From Okeania sp. (GTDB lineage: Bacteria > Cyanobacteriota > Cyanobacteriia > Cyanobacteriales > Microcoleaceae): a stretch of DNA of 10,602 nucleotides. Of this stretch, positions 1 through 5,331 are shown in pieces. The stretch spans positions 1 through 10,602 of the forward strand of contig NZ_JAYKGW010000249.1 in NCBI RefSeq assembly GCF_035285525.1, read 5' to 3'. Under the pieces are notes generated by a model. The model saw only the letters and a list, made by a program, of their open reading frames with translations, did no database searches and was not told where the DNA came from. Each line of letters opens with the position of its first letter. Position 1 is the first letter of the stretch. A program made the translations under genes and the position numbers.

Positions 1-220
1 GTTAAAACCCGCAAGGGCGGGTTGATATAAGTTTGAGAATAGGTATGAAAATTTTAGTTAAAACCCGCAAGGGCGGGTTGATATAAGTTTGAGAATAGGT
101 ATGAAAATTTTAGTTAAAACCCGCCCCTACTATAAATAATTATTCATTGAAGTGAAAGGGCGGGTTGATATAAGTTTGAGAGTAGGTATGAAAATTTTAG
201 TTAAAACCCGCCCCTACTAT
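1..220. repeat. Tandem 56-bp repeat truncated by the window edge. Units lie at 1-56 and 57-112 (identical), and a third unit at 113-198 is split by a 33-bp insertion. A partial fourth unit lies at 199-220.
   Basis: Units 1-56 and 57-112 match exactly. Each unit carries the hairpin AACCCGC-AAGG-GCGGGTT. In the third unit the hairpin loop is replaced by 33 bp (125-157). The string GTTAAAACCCGCCCCTACTAT recurs at 113-133 and 199-219. Confidence 0.9.
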
Positions 221-667
221 TTCCATACTCTTTCTTTCCTTTACTTCTTCATAGAGTAGTTGACTTCGTGAATCTATAATCTAAAATAGAAAATATACAA
301 ATAGCTCGTATCAAGAAACCAACAAATTTGATTGTTAGGTAAAAATACTTGCTTGCTAAATTTTTTTTCAGCTCATCTTTGAGGGAAAGGTTTTAGGGAA
401 TATCAGAAAAAATGGCATTGGTGAATGAAGGGGTAAAATTTAAGTTTTTATTATTAAGAAACTGAGTTTATTGGAAATAGATGTATATTCAGTAATTAAC
501 AATTATATAGTTATGCCTTCTTAAAAGAATGGAATTTACTCAAAGGAAAGTTTTAGATTTATCCTATTTTTAGGACAAGCTTTGAACCTAAATTTTTGAA
601 TTATTTACATTATTAATTCTTGGGTAAAATATCCAATACCAAACCAGCTTATAAACCTTATAAAAAC

Positions 668-768
668 TATAGCTAAAATTATAGCTAAGACCGCCAAAAT
701 TGAAATAATTAATGCCTAAGAATATACCTATTTAAAGTATAAAGACCGCCAAAAAATTAAAGTAATTA
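668..768. repeat. Iteron-like direct repeats: TATAGCTAA x2 (668-676, 680-688) and AAGACCGCCAAAA...TAATTA x2 (687-712, 742-768, 55 bp apart)
   Basis: Direct reading. The GC-containing core GACCGCC is repeated in an otherwise very AT-rich stretch, and flanking similarity continues for about 25 nt. Confidence 0.6.
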
Positions 769-827
769 TTCGGTAATTAGCTATCAGTTACTGGCTATTT
801 TTTATAGGGTATTAGAAAATATTTTTC

Positions 828-848
828 AGGGATAAAAATCCCTTTTTT
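828..848 (+). terminator. Weak intrinsic-terminator-like hairpin AGGGAT-AAAA-ATCCCT followed by a T-run
   Basis: A 6-bp stem (828-833 / 838-843) with a T6 tract ending at 848. No upstream ORF, so it would terminate a non-coding transcript if it is functional. Confidence 0.3.
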
Positions 849-946
849 GTAAAGCATTCCGTTGGCGAAATATTCCTAAAAAAGGAAAAGAAAGGAAAAT
901 AAAAGTCATTTTGCTGAAAGTTGATAGCTAATAGCTAAATGCTTAT
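849..946 (+). mobile_element. MITE-like small repeat element, degenerate copy L (GTAAAGCATTC ... AGCTAATAGCTAAATGCTTAT)
   Basis: Shares both ends with the element at 1761-1929: TTTTTTGTAA(A)GCATTC on the left and AGCTAATAGCT..AATGCTTA on the right. The termini are imperfect inverted repeats. Confidence 0.5.
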
Positions 947-971
947 TATATCTGAGATAACCTAAAATAAA

Positions 972-1751
972 ATGTTCTTTGCGATGCAGGGAAAAATGGA
1001 TTATGAAACTTTAGGAAAAACAGGAGGGATTAGCGCTACTCCTGGAACTCCACAATGGGCACTTGCGATTAAATTAAAATTACAATCTGTTCTGAAAAAA
1101 AGTATAGTTGCTAATGGAGAACAATTAAAAGCATGGCGTGAATTAATGAAACAACCAGCAGCTTATCAACAATTACTTGATGAGCATGGAAAACCATTTA
1201 ATAGTTATGAGGAATTATGTCGTGCTGAACCACCTTATGGATTAGGTTGTGAATCGAAAGAAATTGAAGAATTAATTAGTGGATTAGAATCAACTAAAAC
1301 TGAAAAAGTTGAGATACAAGAAGACCCTGTTAAGGATTTAGGAAATCCATCAAATTATTTTCATAAATTTTCTAAACTGGTGGAGACTTGTTCAGAAAAT
1401 GAAGTTTTAAACGCATCTAAAATAGGGGAAATATTAGATTATGCTCATAGCACTGCTCAACTATGGAGAAAAAGATGGGAACATTTGGGATGGTTGGAAC
1501 AATCAAAAAGTCGCGGAAGAGGCTTTTATCAGATTACTGAATCAGGAAAAGTTGCGGTGAAAAATTGGTTGGAACAACAACCAGAAGGTAAGTTAAGTAA
1601 GGAGTTATGGGTCGTGGTTCCTAAGAATCCTCAAAAGGCAGCAGAAAAGTTAATTAAGTCGTTTAAAGTTGAAGATTTAAGAGAGATTTATAAGTTAATT
1701 GGAGAATCTTTTGGTCAAGAATCAACTGTTTTTTATGAAGATATAGAATGA
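972..1751 (+). CDS. Hypothetical protein, putative DNA-binding (winged-helix-like segment ASKIGEILDYAHSTAQLWRKRWEHLGWLEQSKSRGRGFYQITESGK)
   Basis: A 259-aa ORF in a region with no competing ORFs. The composition is non-repetitive and protein-like. The start is ambiguous: ATG at 972, 984 or 996, and 996 is preceded by AGGGA. No family recognised. Confidence 0.65.
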   Translation: MFFAMQGKMDYETLGKTGGISATPGTPQWALAIKLKLQSVLKKSIVANGEQLKAWRELMKQPAAYQQLLDEHGKPFNSYEELCRAEPPYGLGCESKEIEELISGLESTKTEKVEIQEDPVKDLGNPSNYFHKFSKLVETCSENEVLNASKIGEILDYAHSTAQLWRKRWEHLGWLEQSKSRGRGFYQITESGKVAVKNWLEQQPEGKLSKELWVVVPKNPQKAAEKLIKSFKVEDLREIYKLIGESFGQESTVFYEDIE

Positions 1752-1760
1752 ATATTTTTT

Positions 1761-1929
1761 GTAAGCATTCGGCTATTAGCAGTCAGTTCAAGTGCAATCA
1801 AAACGAATGAAGCAAGGGATCTTTTAACTTCTACTTTTGAACCATATATCTCACTCGATAAAACTATGTATATTTGTCAGAAATTATAGATTTACCTTAA
1901 AAGCTAATAGCTGACTGCTGAATGCTTAC
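1761..1929 (+). mobile_element. MITE-like small repeat element, copy R, with terminal inverted repeats
   Basis: GTAAGCATTC (1761-1770) pairs perfectly with GAATGCTTAC (1920-1929). AGCAGTCAG (1778-1786) pairs with CTGACTGCT (1911-1919). The element begins 10 nt after the stop codon of the 259-aa ORF. Confidence 0.6.
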
Positions 1930-2057
1930 GATAATAATTTTCAGTAAACTAAATTATTTATGTTATGCTTTTTTAATAAAAATTGACCTAATTCAAAAAA
2001 AAATCTTTATAAGAATGATTATTGTCTGATACAATTCATATTGATTGTTAGTAGATC

Positions 2058-2073
2058 GACTATCGAGATAGTC
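2058..2073. promoter_or_regulatory. Perfect palindrome GACTATC-GA-GATAGTC, operator-like, 115 bp upstream of the 196-aa gene
   Basis: 7-bp perfect inverted-repeat arms with a 2-bp spacer. TTGATT lies immediately upstream at 2041-2046. Confidence 0.35.
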
Positions 2074-2188
2074 CATGTTAAATATATAAAGATTTTTAGT
2101 TATGAACATGACTATTTTAGAAGTTTTTACTACAAGGTTTTTGCTAGTGTAAAATATACTGAATTAATAAAATTAAGAAGAGGAACTA

Positions 2189-2779
2189 ATGACAGAAATT
2201 TCAACTGAACAAATGCTTTATTTGCTTTATACATTCGCTTATTCAACAGAGGGAACAGTAACTAAAGGAAATGTCAAGATTAATTTAGCTAAATTATCGA
2301 AAGAATATGGCAAAAATGCAGCACAAATTTGTGAAAGTTTATTTGAAAAGGGATTATTGGAGTCTCCGAAAAGACATAGAATTAGAATGACTGAGATGGG
2401 TATGGAAGTTCTGGTTATTAATCTGCAAAGAACTGAATATGAGTTTACCTCTGTTAAAGGACCTAAAATTTTAAATGCTTTGATGTCTTGTTTGAAGTTA
2501 GTTTCAAAGTATGGGGAAATAGATAAAAAGGTTGTAGATGAAGATATAGATTTTGAGACTTTTGTGGAAAAGTTTGAAAAGCTTTATTTTGAAGAAAGAA
2601 GGGTTCAAGAATTGCGGGGTATAGTTGTTATACGTAGTCAAGAAATCTGTCAAAAATTTATGGAGGAAAATAATATTTCTGAATCTAGTTTAAAGAAATA
2701 TTTTGAGAAATTAAAATCTGACGGTATTGTGTTTGCCGTAGTAGAAGATAATGAAGAACTTATAGAGTGGGTGGATTAA
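2189..2779 (+). CDS. Hypothetical protein with N- and C-terminal winged-helix-like segments; upstream partner of the NTPase gene
   Basis: A 196-aa ORF with the purine-rich SD-like GAAGAGGA at 2177-2184. Its stop (2777-2779) lies 4 nt before the next ATG, suggesting translational coupling. The segments NAAQICESLFEKGLLESPKRHRIRMTEMG and ICQKFMEENNISESSLKKYFEKLKSDGIVF look HTH/wing-like. Confidence 0.75.
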   Translation: MTEISTEQMLYLLYTFAYSTEGTVTKGNVKINLAKLSKEYGKNAAQICESLFEKGLLESPKRHRIRMTEMGMEVLVINLQRTEYEFTSVKGPKILNALMSCLKLVSKYGEIDKKVVDEDIDFETFVEKFEKLYFEERRVQELRGIVVIRSQEICQKFMEENNISESSLKKYFEKLKSDGIVFAVVEDNEELIEWVD

Positions 2780-2783
2780 AATT

Positions 2784-4697
2784 ATGCCAGAAGATTCAGG
2801 AAAGAAAAGAGTAATTAAAGACTTTCTTCAACGGATAAAAGAAGGAGAAGGTTTTATTGAAGATATTTGGATTGAACGTGATATTAGACCTCTTGGAAAA
2901 AATGATATTCTTTCAGATAATAGAAGTTTATGTTCAGCTAACAGTTTGTCTACAAGAGCAGTATCTAATATTACTGAGCTTCTTCAAGATGATATTCGTC
3001 ACACTTTTGAAGAAGGATATTTTACTGCTAGATTTGTTACTGCTGTTTTGGGTAGTGGCAAAACTTCATTACTAACTTATTTAGAACAACTAATTATCAA
3101 TAAACCTGATGATCAAAAAAATTATGTAGTTATTAGGTTTGGATTTGACTATTTATCAGCAACACCAATATCTAGCAATTACAGTTTTGAAGTCAAGTTT
3201 TACTGTTATATTTTAAGCAAAACTTTTTGGGAGTTAACACGAAATCAAGAATCATTAGCAAGAGATGAAGCTATAGAATTTCTCAAAGATTATGATGCAG
3301 ACAAAGCATTATTAGATAAACTCAATAGAAAGAAAATTGCTCGGGATAGTTTAGAAGGAAGTTTTTCGATGTTTTTTGTAAGTCTTGGTGTAGATTTAGG
3401 GAAACTATTTCTTAATCTAATATCCCGTATTAATCAAGTTTCTGCTGGATTTTCTTTTGCATATCTTATAGATGAATTAGATTCGTTAAAAACATCTGGT
3501 AATGAAATAGAAAATACTCAACTAATGTTGAAGGGTTTAATCAAGCGAATACCTGATGAATATAAGTCTAAAATTCCTCTACTAATTTATTTGGTAGGAA
3601 CCAGAAATAGAGTCAGTCAAATTATTGAAGGAAACTCTGTGTTAAAAAGCTTAATTGCGAAAAATTTAATATCTATTAGTATGGGTTTAGAAAAAGAGCA
3701 TCAAATAATTAGACAGAAAATAGATGAAAGGTTTAGAGGAGCATATCAGGGATATAAAGATTTTAATGTTGCTTGGCAAGAGGTTCAAAATATACCATTG
3801 AAATCTCCTATTGAACCTGCAAAAAATTTAAGGGCATTTTGTCAATATTATGGAGGAGAAGTCTTAAGAGTAAACGAAAAGTATTTTGCAGAAATGTCAG
3901 AACAAAAGTTTGAAGGTGATGCTCGTGGATTAGTTGAAGCAAAATGTCGAGAAAAATGGGGAAAATTTTTAAAACAGAAAGCATATACACTATTAACTTT
4001 TGACACTACAAACTCTATTCCAGGTAAAAAAACAGGAAAAAATCACGCTTTAGATTGTTATGTAGAATTACGTCATAATGGTACACAAGTAGCTAGAGGT
4101 TTTGGTGAGGCAAAAAATTATGAATTGTTGAGTTCTCACTTACAAATATTTAGTGATTGGTTAGATGATTTTGAATTTAATCCATATCCTTTGGATAATA
4201 CTCCTCCAGACTTAGCTTTTATGATTGCTCCTTCATGTCCGTCACTTTTAGCAAAAAAGTTAAAGTCGAAAAATATTGAATTTATTGAAGCAGATAAAGA
4301 ACTATCACCTCCAACAAATAAACTAAGTCCACCACCTGAAATGAATATCAACATTTCTGGTCAAGAAAAATCACAACTTATACTACCTACTCCAACTTCA
4401 AAACCTGAAATTAATACCAACATTTCTGGTGAAAAAGAAACACCTCCACCAACTTCAATACTTTCAAAAACTGGAATTAATATTAATACAGCAAATGAAT
4501 CAGAATTAAGAACTGCCTTTAGAGGTTCTGGTGTCAAGAAAACAACTATTCAAAAGCTAATAAAAAATAGAGAAAGTAATCATTATAAAGATTTAGCTCA
4601 TCTTGTATCCGATATGAGATTTACCAACAATGTAAAAGCTAAACTTCAAGAAAAACTTGATAAAAGAGAAATTTGCTTCTCAACCAGAAACTATTAA
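2784..4697 (+). CDS. P-loop NTPase (AAA/ATPase_2-like) fused to a candidate PD-(D/E)xK nuclease-like domain, a Pro-rich repeat linker and a degenerate ComEA-like HhH tail
   Basis: Walker A is AVLGSGKT (aa 87-94, nt 3042-3065). Walker B is FAYLIDELD (aa 225-233, nt 3456-3482). A sensor-1-like strand is PLLIYLVGTRN. The candidate nuclease motif is D424-x17-E442-A-K444 (nt 4053-4115). The tail is ININTANESEL...LQEKL (nt 4476-4680). A GGTGGA SD lies 8 nt upstream of the ATG. Confidence 0.85.
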   Translation: MPEDSGKKRVIKDFLQRIKEGEGFIEDIWIERDIRPLGKNDILSDNRSLCSANSLSTRAVSNITELLQDDIRHTFEEGYFTARFVTAVLGSGKTSLLTYLEQLIINKPDDQKNYVVIRFGFDYLSATPISSNYSFEVKFYCYILSKTFWELTRNQESLARDEAIEFLKDYDADKALLDKLNRKKIARDSLEGSFSMFFVSLGVDLGKLFLNLISRINQVSAGFSFAYLIDELDSLKTSGNEIENTQLMLKGLIKRIPDEYKSKIPLLIYLVGTRNRVSQIIEGNSVLKSLIAKNLISISMGLEKEHQIIRQKIDERFRGAYQGYKDFNVAWQEVQNIPLKSPIEPAKNLRAFCQYYGGEVLRVNEKYFAEMSEQKFEGDARGLVEAKCREKWGKFLKQKAYTLLTFDTTNSIPGKKTGKNHALDCYVELRHNGTQVARGFGEAKNYELLSSHLQIFSDWLDDFEFNPYPLDNTPPDLAFMIAPSCPSLLAKKLKSKNIEFIEADKELSPPTNKLSPPPEMNINISGQEKSQLILPTPTSKPEINTNISGEKETPPPTSILSKTGININTANESELRTAFRGSGVKKTTIQKLIKNRESNHYKDLAHLVSDMRFTNNVKAKLQEKLDKREICFSTRNY

Positions 4698-5095
4698 AAA
4701 ACGACTAACAAAAATTTGGCATTATGAAAAATATAACATGACTTTCTCAGAAGGCGATCGCTACTTCTATTTAAGATAAAAATGAAATTATCTTTAATTA
4801 TCTGACAGAAACTTCCTAACCAGAAACCATCAAAAAAACGACTAACAAAAATTTGGCATTATGAAAAATATAACATGACTTTCTCAGAAGGCGATCACTA
4901 CTTCTATTTAAGATAAAAATGAAATTATCTTTAATTATCTGACAGAAACTTCCTAACCAGAAACTATTAAAAAACGACTAACAAAAATCTGGCATTATGA
5001 AAAATATAACATGACTTTCCGAGAAGGCGATCGCTACTTCTATTTTAAAAATGATGGTTGACAAAATTCAAGTATTTGATAGATATTACTTACTC
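4682..5095 (+). pseudogene. Three tandem diverged pseudo-copies of an internal segment of the downstream prolyl oligopeptidase gene, equivalent to nt ~5477-5650. A is 4682-4817, B is 4818-4954, C is 4955-~5095.
   Basis: Direct alignment by eye. Copies A and C translate as PETIKKRLTKIWHYEKYNMTF(S/R)EGDRYFY, against ETIKKRLTKIWDYEKYSVPFREGDRYFYF in the intact gene. The period is 136-137 bp. Stops and a 1-nt insertion in copy B break the frame. Confidence 0.9.
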
Positions 5096-5138
5096 TTGAA
5101 TAAAAATTAATAGCTGCATTTTACAAGTCAGGTGTCTA

Positions 5139-5300
5139 GAAAAAATATCTTGAGCAGCTAATAAAAAAAGAGAAAAAATTCCGACAAAGATTGAACTTAT
5201 CCAGGTATCTGACCTCAAAAATACCAAAAACAAACCCCAGCAAAAAAAACAAGAAGTAAAACTGCAAGAAAAACTTGATAAAGGCGAAATTTGTTTCTAA
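5139..5300 (+). pseudogene. Decayed relic of a second copy of the NTPase/HhH protein C-terminus, ending ...VSDLKN...KLQEKLDKGEICF*
   Basis: Positions 5262-5300 (CTGCAAGAAAAACTTGATAAAGGCGAAATTTGTTTCTAA) parallel 4646-4680 of the intact ORF. GCTAATAAAAAAAGAGAAA parallels GCTAATAAAAAATAGAGAAA. An in-frame TGA at 5151 and frame breaks lie upstream. Confidence 0.7.
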
Positions 5301-5331
5301 AATTAAATCAACTATTCACAAATAAAAAAAT

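Noticed and set aside
1-220. CRISPR array reading of the 56-bp tandem repeat (hairpin resembles type I-E-like repeat stems)
   Set aside because: The would-be spacers are identical between units, or only 2 nt long in the alternative parsing. Unit geometry does not fit repeat-spacer architecture, and no cas genes are in the window.
1-220. Integron attC site (GTTAAAA resembles the GTTRRRY core) or a type III toxin-antitoxin RNA repeat array
   Set aside because: No matching inverse core RYYYAAC partner and no intI. No toxin-like ORF immediately follows the repeats, and the nearest ORF is more than 700 bp away.
260-280. Promoter TTGACT (260-265) plus TATAAT (275-280)
   Set aside because: The spacer is only 9 nt, which is incompatible with a sigma-70-type promoter. 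It is probably a chance match in AT-rich DNA.
328-338. The 11-mer TTGATTGTTAG shared with 2041-2051, as a possible common regulatory motif
   Set aside because: Several chance 11-mer matches are expected in 10.6 kb of about 30% GC sequence, and there is no extended flanking similarity.
2857-3075. 72-aa ORF overlapping the NTPase gene in another frame
   Set aside because: It lies entirely inside a much longer ORF that has clear motifs. Its product is Leu/Phe/Ile-rich low complexity, typical of off-frame AT-rich translation.
3808-4354. Antisense ORFs 3808-3990 and 4136-4354 (60 and 72 aa)
   Set aside because: They are embedded antisense in the 637-aa CDS, with no RBS and low-complexity products.
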